Part shown: piece after piece, positions 25,154 to 38,330 of the stretch | Layout of the letters: the number at the start of each line of letters is the position of its first letter | Position numbering within the stretch: position 1 is the first letter of the stretch | Assembly (NCBI GenBank): GCA_001662655.1 | Contig: KV460228.1 | Source of the DNA: Pseudogymnoascus verrucosus | Lineage: Eukaryota | Reading direction: 5' to 3' (one strand) | Length of the DNA stretch: 64,000 nucleotides | Translations under genes and position numbers: made by a program | The notes under the pieces: model-generated | What the model saw: the letters and a program-made list of their open reading frames with translations, nothing else | Databases searched by the model: none | Told to the model about the DNA's origin: nothing

Positions 25154-26892
25154 ATGAAGTGCTCGCCTTTCCTGCTCAAAGGCCATGTCTATCACAACAT
25201 TGAGCGACAGGTCGCCAGCAGCTTGCGCGCGACCTCAGAGCCGTTTCTACGGCCTGCAACTCGCAGCATAGGGACGCAGAGATGGAAGCCATTGGGATGC
25301 GCGAGCCGCGGCTTTGCATCCGACGGGAAGCCCTCGAAGGAGCAGTCGAGGGAGGATAAATACAAGGCGCAGGCGAAGGAGCTCAACAGGAAGGGCATGG
25401 AGGCTCAGGAAGAGGGAAGATCACCAAATAATGATGTGGAGGGAGAAGAAAAGGAGGGCAAATCATCAAGTACTGGCTATCTAGATGATGAGATAGGAAC
25501 CGCAAAGGAGAAGCAGGCAAGGACGCCATGGCATAGGGCAGGACCGGAAGACCCACCAGTGAGAAAGCTGCGGAGCGCTGGTGCCATGACCAAAGGTATA
25601 TCCATTTTCTCACCTGTCTAAGATAAGATCTGAACTGACATACCCAGGCAAACTTCTGACAACCCCATCCCGACTCAAGCTTATCCTTCCCCTCACCACG
25701 CTCGACAAGAACTCCGACCGGAAAGACATTGAGCCGCTCGCCCTCCTCGTCCACCCCCAACAACCACTCTCCTACCTCGGGCGATTAATCCAATCCGAGC
25801 TCCCCATGATAAAAAACAAGGAGGGCCAAGACAGGATCCCCGAAGTTTGGTTCCGCGCCGAGGACTCGGCACAAGAAGAAGAGAGCGAAGACACCAAGCA
25901 CGACACCCACAAAGTAGACGACGTACAAGCAGGAGTAGAAGAAGGCACCGACGAGCACATGGTAGACGGCAAGCTCGTCAAGACCGGTAAGATCAACAAA
26001 GACGACCTCGAAGACTCCCTCCAAGGCGAGAACATCGCCAAGTCCCTCCGCGGCGGTCCCGGCGAGGGCGGCATCGAGACGTACTCCGGCCTCGGCCACG
26101 ACCAGCCCAGTGCAGCGGAGAAGAAGCGCAAGTTCGTGCGCTGGTCGACTAGCACTGAGATTGGGGACTTCATCCGCGACGCGGCGCGTGGGAAGGAGTT
26201 CGCGGTTGAGATTGAGGGGAGTCGTGAGGGGGAGATCCGCGTGGGCGTGCCTAGTTTCGCGGACCGGACGCATTACCTGCGTGTGAGGCTGCGGAAGCTG
26301 GCGAGGAGGCTGGATGGAATGGCGAAGATCAAGAAGGAGTGTGATGACCTAGCACATCGTAGCGCGCAGCGATTGGCGATGGGAGGGTTTGGTATCCTTG
26401 TCGCGTGGTGGGCGTCGATTTACCATTTTACGTTTCAGACGGACTATGGGTGGGATACTATGGAGCCGATTACCGTAAGTCCATCCACTTTAGTGTGACT
26501 GGATGGAAATGAATGCTGACAATATACAGTACCTAGCTGGACTCTCGACGATCATGATAGGTTACCTCTACTTCCTCTGGCATAACCGCGAGGTGTCGTA
26601 CCGGTCGGCGCTGCACGCTACGGTTTCGCACCAGCAGAACCGACTGTATACCGCACGCGGCTTCGATATCGGGACATGGGAGTCGCTGGTAGAGGAGGCG
26701 AACTCGCTGCGGAAGGAGGTCAAGAAGGTGGCCGAGGAGTATGATGTTGAATGGAACGAGATGCAGGACGAGGCGAGCGAGATCGTGCATGAGGCGTTGA
26801 GGAAGGAGAGGAAGAAGAAAGAGAGGGCGAGAGACGATGATGAGGATGAGGAAGATGATGACTCAAAGGGGAAGGGGAGTAAAAAGGATTGA
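25154..26892 (+). CDS. MCU: Mitochondrial calcium uniporter pore subunit; exons 25154-25595, 25648-26474, 26530-26892
   Basis: Selectivity-filter motif WDTMEPITY between two TM helices, coiled coil, presequence-like N-terminus; introns 25596-25647 and 26475-26529 keep the frame. Confidence 0.93.
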
Positions 26893-27096
26893 TAGACAGG
26901 CGGGTATACATCTGAACCTGGTGGTTGTACATTCACATAGACACAGCACCATTTGACACCGTTTTAGCGAGCATAAAGAATACAATTGGATATACTTTTA
27001 ACACGAGTAAACCAATACTTCCACGAGTGACTTTGCACTGACCCATCCCCAAGTGCTCATCTTCCAAGCAATCTGATACGGCAGCTTCATCCTGCC

Positions 27097-28878
27097 TCAA
27101 TGCGCCACCCCATTGCTCAATGGTTGATCCGCCGCAGCGTCATCAGCTAGTCCCATCACATCGATCCCGCAGCAACACCAGCAGCATAACATGGTGCAAG
27201 ACTCCAAAACGTCATTCACCTGGGCTATCACAGTCTTTACTCGACATTTCCAGCATTCCCCCCTTTTTGACTTGATCGAGGGCTCTGATGAAGGCTCGGT
27301 CGATCCATCAGGCTCATGACCTGAGGTAGCTGGGACTAACGGCATACTAGGCAAGTGGTCGAGGTGATTCTCCAAGCTACCCGCTGGCAGAGCCTGTGGC
27401 AGGGTTTGTGGCATCGAAATTTCACCCGCAGCCGTGGATGGCGTAATTTCCTGGGGGGGTAGGTCGGGCGTTTTGACACGGCGATGACGGCACGGCTTCG
27501 AAAAATTAGCTCGTTGTCGCTGTGTGTTTGGCCCGCCAGACTGGGTCTGCGATACTGCAGCAACAGCTGCGGTGCTTGATGTAAAGCGGACTCTCTGCCC
27601 TGGCTTTCGTTTCCCCTTCGGTTTCACAGGGCGTGCGGGAACCGGCTCGCTCGATCGTCTTGAAGACCTTGAACCACCAGCAGTAACAGGCGCTGAGCTG
27701 ATCCTTCTCCCCGTGGTAGTTGCTTCCGGGGTGCGGGTCGTGGTGGGACGGGCATCCGCTTGGGCAAACGGATGCAGTTCCAGCGATGTCACGCCGTGGC
27801 CACTTCTTGGAGGCCTGAACCGTGGAGCACCACTAACGACGGTATTCGGGACAGAGACACATCGTCTACGGGATGGGACCATATCCCATGGCCCACAGAG
27901 CCCGTGTCCATGTGCCGATCCTGATGCTCGATTGCCAGCTCTGCTCAACGGCTCGTAACCGAAGAAACGTTGTACACGAGCTGTGGCTCGCTGAAAACTA
28001 CTGGTTCGAGCTGGGGTGCTTGATACAGCGCGTGGTCGTCGCTGTTGTTGTGGTGCGGTCCACGAGGGCATTCCTGGCGGAGTTGCTGGGCGCTCAATAG
28101 GAGGCTGAATAGGGCTGAGAGGCTGAGCATAAATTTCACGGAATGTAGTCTCCTGTATTTCAGAGGTACCGCCATCCACACTTGACTTGGTCGCCCGTTT
28201 CGGCTTGTTTGCGAGAGGATCGTAGCCCTCTGGCCACGATAGTTTTATGGTGCCCACATCCTCGTCCGAGAATGAAGCAAGTCTATGGATCATGCCGCTG
28301 ATTGAGAACTCGCATCTGATAGGACTGGTCTTGGGCGGTTGCTTCAGTATGGATGCCGAGGCTGAAGACGACGAAAGATCCGACATTGAGCGTGGGCGGG
28401 TGAGGGTTCTAACGGGAGATGGGGTGCTGATAGTGCGTATGGTCGCCATCGACGACTTTTGTTCGATAATGGTGGTCAGGGCCGTCCCATGGCCATAAAG
28501 AATCGGGGTATTCCCAACGGGTAGTCCTACGTCGGAGTTCTCATCAACGCCTAGAAGTGGCAATGGCTGTTCTTCACTTGTTGAGGGCCGAACAGAACTG
28601 CCAATAGCCTGCCATTTCTCAATCTTGAATCCGCCGTCTTCGCTGGCATGAGGCGAAACGTATTCAGCGGCAAATATGGAGCCGTGGGAGCTAGGGATGG
28701 ATTCCGACGAGTCCAGTCGTCGGGCAAAAGACGATTTTCGACTGACCTTTTTCGCAGATCTGGCAGTGATTATCGCAACGGGCTTGTTATTCGTATGTGG
28801 TATGAGAGGTGATCGAATGTAAGCTGGAGCATCGGAGTCGAGGAGGCTCTCTTCGGCCATGATTGTATCAGGAACCAT
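27097..28878 (-). CDS. Hypothetical S/T/P/R-rich protein with Cys-rich C-terminus (start at 28878 or 28860)
   Basis: Uninterrupted ~590-codon ORF that is not antisense to another gene; ends with CWKC...CTMLCCWCCCG. Confidence 0.7.
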   Translation of the reverse strand: MVPDTIMAEESLLDSDAPAYIRSPLIPHTNNKPVAIITARSAKKVSRKSSFARRLDSSESIPSSHGSIFAAEYVSPHASEDGGFKIEKWQAIGSSVRPSTSEEQPLPLLGVDENSDVGLPVGNTPILYGHGTALTTIIEQKSSMATIRTISTPSPVRTLTRPRSMSDLSSSSASASILKQPPKTSPIRCEFSISGMIHRLASFSDEDVGTIKLSWPEGYDPLANKPKRATKSSVDGGTSEIQETTFREIYAQPLSPIQPPIERPATPPGMPSWTAPQQQRRPRAVSSTPARTSSFQRATARVQRFFGYEPLSRAGNRASGSAHGHGLCGPWDMVPSRRRCVSVPNTVVSGAPRFRPPRSGHGVTSLELHPFAQADARPTTTRTPEATTTGRRISSAPVTAGGSRSSRRSSEPVPARPVKPKGKRKPGQRVRFTSSTAAVAAVSQTQSGGPNTQRQRANFSKPCRHRRVKTPDLPPQEITPSTAAGEISMPQTLPQALPAGSLENHLDHLPSMPLVPATSGHEPDGSTEPSSEPSIKSKRGECWKCRVKTVIAQVNDVLESCTMLCCWCCCGIDVMGLADDAAADQPLSNGVAH

Positions 28879-29148
28879 GAACCATCTGGTCAGCGAGTGA
28901 AACTTCCCATTACCAGGCTCCAGCAATTCCGTGATAGGCCTTCGCTGGCACGTTGGAAAGTAAAAAGCGAAAGAACAAGAATATTGTGGTTAAGTGGTTT
29001 CGATAAGGTACCATAAGCTGTCGAAGAATCACATCTAGTACACCACTTCTGCATCAGAGGCAAGAGCGATGATTATCACTCTGGGCGCACCTTCCCATCC
29101 TGTCATCTTCCAATAACAGAACCAGTCTAGCTCATTCCTAAATTATTT

Positions 29149-31103
29149 TCACGATGTATCAACACCCTCTGCTGCCAGCGCTTTCCTATATTCCTTCGAC
29201 GCTTTATCCAAAGCGAAAATCGTAGGCTCCAGCATCTCCCGTACCACCTTCTCGCCCCCACCAACCAACTCTGGTTTATATTGCATTTTTTTGCCAGTCT
29301 TTTCCCATAGTTCTCTAATTTGTTGCTTCTGGCTTTTAATCAGATCGTTCCTTTCCTTTTCTGCATCCGCAGCTACCGCATTAATGCGATCCAAGGCTCT
29401 CTCCAATGTTTCCACCAACTTCGCCAGTTCTCCAGCACGATCAGGGTCGCCGCATAAGAATACAGACCAAAAGTGATGTAAGAATTCCGTGGTGGTTGCG
29501 TGCGTAAGTGTAAGGCGATCAAAGAGAGCCTGAGAAAGACCAGACAGGTTTGCTTGGGGATCTGAGCCGTCCATTCGCGTTCGCTGCTGAGTGATGCCTT
29601 CAAATATTTGTTTTTGAGCATCGATGAAGCTGCTTCTGCTACCAACGTGGGGCGGCCTATCTTCATCGTCATCGCTATCACTCTCCTCATTCACTCCGAT
29701 CGCAGTGCGAAGATCAAGTCCGCCAGCAGCGTCGGTGTCCATGAGCTCTGGGTCGAGGTCCGTATTTAATTCCATTAGTAACTCATTTGGATCCTGTTTA
29801 GCATATACCGCTGCTTCAACGGATATTTGAGATTTATCATTGGAGAAGAACTGGCTCTGCTCTTTGATGTTTAGCATTATCCGGTTCTCTTCTGCCCCGC
29901 CTTGAAGATCTCGCAAGGCCAATTCGTTGAACGTTTTCTCATCTAGGCCGATTGGAGCCGATGGATCAACATCTGACTGCGCGACATTTTCCATTATCTT
30001 TTCGCTCAAACTGTTCAATGTGCGGATAATTGGTGCTTTTGCTGATGACGAAGGCCTCATGGTAAAATCTTGTCGATTACCCCCTTTGCTGCCACCCTGG
30101 TTTTCTTCGTTGCCCTCTATGTCAATGACATGCGGGATATGAGCTGCTGCCAATCTCTGGCCAAGGATGTCGGAGTTGGGAGCATCAAGATATCGGTCAA
30201 AGGTAGAATCGACCGAATCAGCCTCCACAATACGTTCACCCTTCAATTTCTTGAAGAGCCGACTGAGAAAAAACCTCGACCAGAACTCACTCTCATTAAG
30301 TTTCGGGACATTTTCATCATATACCCTCTTGACCAGGGGATGCTGGCTAAATATAAGCTGCACCTGTTCTTTGCTGATGCGCAGCTTCAATTCGCCGTCC
30401 TCTTGCCGGGGCTTTACGACCGAGAGGACGTTGTAGGCACCGCGCTGCTGATTGTTTTCAACAGCATATGCCCGAAGAAGATTAATTCGAGTTGACCAGA
30501 ACTGAGTATTGAACTGGGTATTTGAGGTGGTGTCAGGTTTTGTGCGCCTTGCTTCCTCATAGGTTTGAAGTAGCAGTGGGTCTTTCCTCATCAATGCTTG
30601 TTGTAATTCGAAATCATTCTTCAGCTGGTTATCGTCGTACCATGCAGGAGTCCCGGACGGCTTTGAGGCAACGGCACTGGCGATAGCCATTGCGCCAGGC
30701 GTGCCGGTGGCGCCATTGGCCTTTACAATGCTTGGCTCTCCCGCTTTTAGAGACGCAATTAGGCTGGTCAAGACATCTTTTATGGCGTTTGCTTCACTCC
30801 GAGGTTCTGATGGCGCGTTAAAATGGAAGAGATGTGTGACTGGCTCTGGAGCGTCAGGAGGTTTGACGAATATCTTGAGCATTACCTTCTCCGCAGTTTC
30901 TGGCGTCTGCTGGAGATCTATGCCAAATTAGCTCATGCTGGCCCTGAGATCGCTCTGGACATACTTGTAATATCAGCAATATTAATGGTGATTCCAGCTA
31001 GACCTGCCGCCGTCGGCGTCCATACCATGGACGTCTGGTCTGGTGATAGTGTCACTGTGCCATCTTTCTTTTTATAAGCGGCAGAACCTCTGGGGCTTGC
31101 CAT
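29149..31103 (-). CDS. TFB1: TFIIH p62 subunit; exons 31103-30965, 30917-29149
   Basis: PH-like N-terminus (YKKKDG..NLQQTPETAEKVMLKI) and two BSD domains (FNTQFWSTR; ESEFWSRFFLSRLF); 47-nt intron 30918-30964. Confidence 0.93.
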
Positions 31104-31798
31104 GATGCCGAGAGAAGTCTAGGTTTATCCTTCCACACGTACGATTGGGTGTGACTTGTGTAGCAGATGTTAGGCTACCATTATCTGCCTACATGAAGCA
31201 AGGCTCACGTTAAGTCACCTGGGCAGACTCTTTTCTTTGCTGTTGTCCAGTGATCTGTTCTGCAGGGTGCACTTAATAGGATCGACAATGCCTCCTTTTC
31301 TGCCCCAGCGCAGATTCTCTTTGTCGGCCCCAGTACTAGCCGTAAATATGAAGCATCTGTGTTTGAGCTTTGAAACCTCTTGAAAGATCACTGACCATAT
31401 AATCCATATAATCTTCAAGGTACAGGTCGGTAAAACGTATATCCGATCGGCCGTCGCACCCGATTGCCAAGGCTATGTACTTGGAGTAAATTGGAGTAAA
31501 ACAAACAAATTAGCCAATAGAATTCGCGTAGCATGAACAAAATAACTGCTGACACATCGAAACCGGCATCCCCGGACTGCCGTTGGCTAGAACGCGAAGA
31601 GAAGGCGAGGTTACAGCCGAGTCCCGTGATGTCCCCTTGCCCGGGAAAGGTTATGCTGTCACTCACCCGACAAGAAGATCCAGAGTCCCTATTATTTTAT
31701 CCCTCATCCCTCAATTATTCCTCCACAATCTGGAGCTGAATGACCGAACCTTCGTTTTCCAACTTTTCCAATTGCCATTCCTGCGTTGATTTGACACA

Positions 31799-34700
31799 AT
31801 GCTTAGAACTTCACTTAGAAAGTCGAGCAGCCAGCTCTTGAGAGCTGGCTGCCAGGCACGCTCATTGTCAGCCACCTCGAGCTCTAGAGCCACCCTTTTC
31901 TCATCACCCAGTCCTCTGAAGTCGTCAATCGCTTCAAAACGTCGTCCGTTGGCGGTTGCCGCCCAAAAACGATATGCTGCTGCCGTCGCCAACGCGCCGG
32001 AACCAAACGACAGCTTCCTCTCCGGAAACACGGCAAACTATATCGACGAGATGTACATGTCGTGGAAGGAGGACCCGTCGAGCGTCCACGTCTCGTGGCA
32101 AGTATACTTCAAGAACATGGAGAGCGGCGATATGCCAATGTCGCAAGCTTTCACTCCTCCGCCTACCTTGGTGCCTACACCAGCCGGTGGCGTCCCTTCG
32201 TTCATGCCAGGTTCGGCAACCGGACCAGGTAACGATGTCACGAATCACTTGAAGGTCCAGCTCCTCGTTCGCGCATACCAGGCTCGTGGACACCACAAGG
32301 CTCGTATTGATCCTCTCGGCATCCGCGGCGAGGCAAAGGAGTTTGGATACAGCAACCCGAAAGAACTACACCTCGACCACTACAACTTCACGGAGAAGGA
32401 TCTTGATTCCGAATACACCTTGGGCCCCGGCATTCTGCCTAGGTTCAAGAAGGATGGCCGCGAGAAGATGACTCTGCGCGAGATCATTGCCGCGTGCGAG
32501 AACATCTACTGTGGATCGTATGGTGTCGAATACATTCACATCCCAGACAGGGAACAGTGCGACTGGCTCAGAGAGCGTATCGAAATCCCGCAGCCATACA
32601 AATACTCCGTCGACGAGAAACGCCGCATCCTGGACCGTCTTATTTGGTCGTCCAGCTTCGAGGCTTTCTCCGCCACAAAATACCCCAACGACAAGCGTTT
32701 CGGTCTGGAAGGTTGTGAGACCCTCGTTCCCGGCATGAAGGCTCTCATCGATCGCAGTGTCGACTATGGTGTCAAGGACATTGTCATTGGTATGCCCCAT
32801 CGTGGCCGCCTGAACGTCCTCTCCAACGTTGTCCGCAAGCCGAATGAGTCTATTTTCAGCGAGTTCGGTGGAACCGCCGCTGGTGAGGATGAGGGATCCG
32901 GAGATGTCAAATACCATTTGGGAATGAACTTTGAGCGCCCAACCCCCTCCGGAAAGCGTGTCCAACTTTCTCTCGTTGCCAACCCATCTCATTTGGAGGC
33001 TGAGGACCCAGTCGTCCTCGGAAAGACCCGCGCCATCCAGCACTACAACAACGATGAGAAGAACCACACCACCGCCATGGGTGTTCTTCTCCACGGTGAC
33101 GCTGCCTTCGCTGCCCAGGGTGTTGTGTACGAATGTCTCGGATTCCACTCTCTTCCAGCTTACTCTACCGGTGGTACCATCCATCTCGTTGTGAACAACC
33201 AGATTGGTTTCACCACTGATCCTCGTTTCGCTCGCTCCACCGCATACTGTACCGATATCGCCAAGGCTATTGATGCCCCAGTATTCCACGTCAACGCCGA
33301 TGATGTTGAGGCTGTCAACTACGTCTGCCAGCTTGCCGCTGATTGGCGCGCTGAGTTCCGCTCTGACGTTGTCATCGATCTTGTCTGCTACAGAAAGCAC
33401 GGTCACAACGAGACTGACCAGCCTTCATTCACCCAGCCATTGATGTACAAGCGCATCCAGGACCACGAGCCACAAATCGACATCTACGTTAACCAGCTCC
33501 TCAAGGACGGTACGTTCACAAAGGATGATATTGATGAGCACAAGAAGTGGGTTTGGGGCATGCTTGAGGAGTCCTTTGCCAAGAGCAAGGATTACCAGCC
33601 AACCTCCAAGGAGTGGACCACATCCGCCTGGAACGGCTTCAAGTCGCCCAAGGAGCTCGCCACCGAGGTTCTCCCACACCCACCAACTGGTGTTAAGAAG
33701 GAGACCCTGGAGCACATTGGAACCACCATTGGTACGGCTCCCGATGAGTTTAACGTCCACCGCAACCTGAAGCGTATTCTCGCCAACAGAGTCAAGACTG
33801 TCAACGAGGGCCAGAACATTGATTGGTCGACTGCTGAGGCCTTGGCCTTTGGATCTCTCGTTACCGAGGGCCACCACGTCCGTGTCTCCGGACAGGATGT
33901 TGAGCGTGGTACTTTCTCCCAGCGTCACGCCGTCTTCCACGACCAAGATAACGAGGCTACCTTCACCCCTCTGCAACACGTCAGCAAGGACCAAGGCAAG
34001 TTCGTCATCTCCAACTCCTCGCTGAGCGAGTTCGGCTGCTTGGGCTTCGAGTACGGTTACTCTCTCACTTCACCAAACGCCCTCGTTATGTGGGAGGCCC
34101 AATTCGGTGACTTCGCCAACAACGCTCAATGTATCATCGATCAGTTCATCGCCTCCGGTGAAGTCAAGTGGATGCAGAGATCTGGACTTGTCATGTCCCT
34201 TCCCCACGGATACGACGGACAAGGACCCGAGCACTCTTCCGGCCGCATGGAGCGTTACCTCCAGCTCTCCAACGAGGAGCCCCGCGTCTACCCAAGCCCC
34301 GACAAGCTGGAGCGTCTCCACCAGGACTGTAACATGCAGATCGCCTACATGACCTCGCCGTCTAACCTGTTCCACATCCTGCGCAGACAGATGAACAGAC
34401 AATTCAGGAAGCGTAAGTCACCCCCCCCACAACCTTAGCCAGCCACACCCAACTAACCCACCCCAGCTCTCATCATCTTCTTCTCCAAGTCCCTCCTCCG
34501 CCACCCCCTCGCCCGCTCCTCCATCGACGAGTTCGTCGGCGACACTCAGTTCCGCCCCATCATCCCCGAGCAAGAGCACGGCGGCGCCGCCGTCGCCCCC
34601 GAGGACATCAAGCGCGTTGTCCTCTGTACCGGCCAGGTCTACGCGGCGCTGCACAAGCACCGTCTCGACAAGGGCATCACCGACACCGCCATCACGCGTA

Positions 34701-35005
34701 TCGAGCAGCTCAACCCCTTCCCTTGGCAGCAGGTCAAGGAGAACCTCGACTCCTACCCCAACGCTGAGACCATCGTGTGGTGTCAGGAGGAGCCGCTTAA
34801 TGCTGGCGCGTGGACCTTCACGCAGCCGCGTATTGAGACAATTCTTAACGTTACTGAGCACCACAACAGGAAACACGTCATGTATGCTGGACGTAACCCT
34901 AGTGCGTCGGTTGCTACGGGTCTTAAGGCTAGCCATATTAAGGAGGAGAACGAGTTGCTTGAGATGGCTTTTGCGGTTAGGCAGGAGAAGCTTAAGGGGG
35001 AGTAG
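31799..35005 (+). CDS. KGD1: 2-oxoglutarate dehydrogenase E1, mitochondrial; exons 31799-34412, 34467-35005
   Basis: [19 protein letters not shown]-binding [20 protein letters not shown] and WCQEEP motifs; intron 34413-34466 GTAAGT..ACTAAC..CAG. Confidence 0.97.
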
Positions 35006-35397
35006 ATTAGTTGTTGTTGCTGGTGGGTAGATGATTAATTGCAGGAGATGAGACGGGTGAGATTAGATGGAACCTAGAGATGTGATGTAACAAGATGGGT
35101 TTTGGTTGGATTGGGGGGGGGGTTGGTGGGTTTCGTTTGTCATTGGCATATATGGGTGCTCTACGGAGTGCGGGCCTCATTGTATTATTGTCTTTGTTGT
35201 GCATTCAAAAATAAAAATGAAGCCTACAGTAGTTTTTCGTTCTAGCTATATTCTCTTTTTTGTATAACATTGAAATGCCAATATAGAAGTCACGTGTAGT
35301 CGTTCCTTCTTCATATTGATGTGATGCTGTTTATGTTTATCCTCGGTCGTGCCTGCCGTAGATGTAGATAGAAAGCAAGGCTTTTGGGGAAAGACAC

Positions 35398-35593
35398 GGA
35401 AGGAGCTGGAACTAGTATTTGTTTACCTCGACCCTCGTGCCTTCCTCGTATAAGAAATGAGGTTTCAGGAGAAGGCGGAAGGAGCCGCAACTAGTATTTG
35501 TTTACCTCCCGCCCTTCGTGCCTTCCTTGTATAAGAAATGAGGTTTCAGGACGAGGCGGAAGGAGCCGCACTGCCGCCCTTCGTACCTTCCTC
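35398..35593. repeat. ~80-bp tandem repeat, ~2.4 copies, each with internal inverted GAAGG/CCTTC arms
   Basis: GGAAGGAGC starts at 35398, 35477 and 35558; ACTAGTATTTGTTTACCTC and GTATAAGAAATGAGGTTTCAGGA each occur twice. Confidence 0.85.
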
Positions 35594-36340
35594 TTTACTT
35601 GAAGTAGAAGAAATATGAAACTCACATATAATATCACGTGCTCTATACCGAAGCTCACCGGTTTATTTGAAGTATGAACCCTCCCCCATCAGCATATATA
35701 TCACAAGCCTACATGATGCCAAGAGCGAAAAAGGAGAACAAACAAATAGCAAAGCCCGTTCTAGAAAAAGCATACCTCATCCAAGGTAAATAAGCTACCT
35801 ACTATAATACAACCAGAAAAAACATCCATACCATCCATCCATCAATCCATCAATCCATTCCATACCATTCATCGCAGATTGTACACACACCCCCACCCCG
35901 CCTTATTGTCGAGGAGAGATTGCCCAAACGCGCAACAACAACGCACAGCACAGCACACATACAGCCCAGTATACCCTCCTCCTCCTCCCTGTCATACCAT
36001 TTTGCGCGCTCCAGCCCGCCTACCGATGCATGAATCCGTAATAACCCCCCCGCCGAAAAAAGAAGCAATGAGAATGGTAATATGATAGCCGCCGCAAACT
36101 GTTCTGCCAAGCGACAGTAGAGGGGAGAGAGATATTAGAGTGTCGGCAAGCGGAGGATTTGGGGATTATGTGATTTTTTTTATATATATGTTCTTGCTTT
36201 TTTTTGTACCAAAGTGTCCCCCTTGTGTGTAGAGCAGCGCGACAAGAATCGAGCAGCTAGATAGCTGACAGACAAACAGCCCGCCGCGGTGGCACGCACG
36301 CACGCCCGAGAATCAGTAGAGGTTCGCTCGCTGCACCACT

Positions 36341-37647
36341 TTACATGATGATAGAGGGAGTATCGACGTTCGCCTTGATAGTCTTGTGAGGTAGGACCGA
36401 GCCGCCATTAACGTAGATCTCATCCGCGATCGTGACGTCGTCACCGAGGACCGACACATTCTCGAGACGCGCCCACTTCCCGACACTGGAGTTCCATCCC
36501 ACAATCGTAGACTTGATCCACGCGTGGTCCTTGACCTTGCTGCCCTGCAAGATAACACAGCGCTGGAGCCTCACACCGTCGCCAATAACGACGTCAGGGC
36601 CGATAGTGACGTTGGGACCGATGCGGCAGTTGCGTCCGATCTTGGCGGAGGGGTCGATCAGGACGTTTCCGCCGTGGACGTAGGGTGTGCTTGTCGGTGT
36701 GAGGAGCTTCGAGTTCTTCTTGCTGAGAGAGGCGAGGTAGAGGCAAGTTCCGGTGAGGAAATCCTTTGGCTGACCGACGTCCATCCAGAAGCCCTCGAGG
36801 TCGAAGGAGTGAAGCTGCCCATCCGCGCACATCGACGGGAAGGTCTCCTGCTCGATGGAAGTAGGGCGCAGCTCGATGCGCTCGAGGACGCTGGGGTTCA
36901 GGATGTAGAGACCGGCGTTAATCCTATTCCCGACGAACTCGACGGGCTTCTCGACGAAGCGGTCGATGCGCGAGGAGTGGTTGGGCTTGTGGACTACGAC
37001 GCCGTATTTCGAGGGCTCCTCGACCTTGGTCACGATGATGGTGCCTTCGTCGCCGTGGGCTTTGTGGAAGGCGGCGAGCTCGGCGAAGGGGTACTCGCAG
37101 ATGACGTCGGAGTTGAGGACGAAGAAGGGCTCGTTGTTCTTTCCGAGGGTCTTCTCGGCGAGCTTGAGCGGGCCGGCAGTGCCTAGGGGCTCTGTCTCGA
37201 TCGAGAATGTGATCTTGACGTTGTATTGCTCTTCGTACTGTAGGGGAAACCGCCAGTCAGCTGGCTGCGTATGGGCAGGAGGAGGAGGAGGAGGTATTTC
37301 AGGACGGGAGAGAGACGCACTTCGGCAAGGTACTTCTCCATGACCTCAGGGCGGTAGTTGACGGCCAAGACAATGTCCGTGACGCCTGCGGCTGCCAGAG
37401 CCTCAATCTGATGCAGGATCATGCGCTTGTTGCCGAATTCCACCAGTGGCTTGGGCAGTGTGAGGGTCTGTCATGGGGGATCAGTCATGGTTCGATTTAT
37501 AGAGCTCGAATTGCGTCGGTTGGGAACGTACGAGTGGGCGCAGGCGCGTGCCAAAGCCGCCGACGAGAATGAGAGCTATACCTCAGGTTAGCCATTGCCA
37601 TTGATACGAGGGAATCTGTGAGATTTTGCTAGCTGCTTACCCTTCAT
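36341..37647 (-). CDS. MPG1: Mannose-1-phosphate guanylyltransferase (GDP-mannose pyrophosphorylase); exons 37647-37641, 37575-37532, 37467-37321, 37237-36341
   Basis: Spliced [51 protein letters not shown] and C-terminal hexapeptide repeats; three canonical introns. Confidence 0.96.
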
Positions 37648-38258
37648 AGTGGATGGTTGTGAATTAAGAGCGGTATGAGGAAATGTGTGGTGGTTCCAGG
37701 GGCGAGAGAGCTACCCCACCGTGTATAGTAGGAGAGCGAGCGGCTGTGGTGTTGGCCTGAATGGAAAGGTAGCGAGGGACAATGATTCTCAGGAAGGTGC
37801 GAGGGGAAGGTCGACGAGGAGATATGGTGTTGCAGTGGAGTAGTAGATTGAGTAGATTGGGTATTTTGGGGCAGAGAAGTAAAAAGAAGGTAGCTTTCCC
37901 GTTACCCGTAGAGTTTGGACTGGTACGAGTAGTTTAGAGGGACGATCAGATGTGAGGCCACCTTGCGGGTGATCACTATATTTTGAGGTCCAAATTTCCT
38001 TGAAAGGGGGTACGCTAAGAAAGGCTGGGTAGCTGGTACAGCTGGGTCGAGAAGGGAAGGGGGGGGGGGTTGTAGGGGGCTTGGGGGGGGTGGGAAAGGG
38101 AAGTGGAAGGAAGATAGTGGCGCGGCGAGACCTTATTTTACGGGGTACTAAATTGGAATTTACAGCGTATTTAACAGTGTAATTTACTCAGTAAATTAGC
38201 TGGGGTTACAATGAATTACCAGAATTAGTAGCAGTATGTGTGCAAGCAGAATAATAAA

Positions 38259-38330
38259 ATAATAGTAATGGTAGTAATAGCAATAGCAGTAATAGCAATA
38301 GCAATAGTAATAAAAATAACAAATAATAGA
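38259..38330. repeat. Degenerate (AATAGY)n microsatellite in an AT-rich intergenic patch
   Basis: aatagtaatggtagtaatagcaatagcagtaatagcaatagcaatagtaat read directly. Confidence 0.75.
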
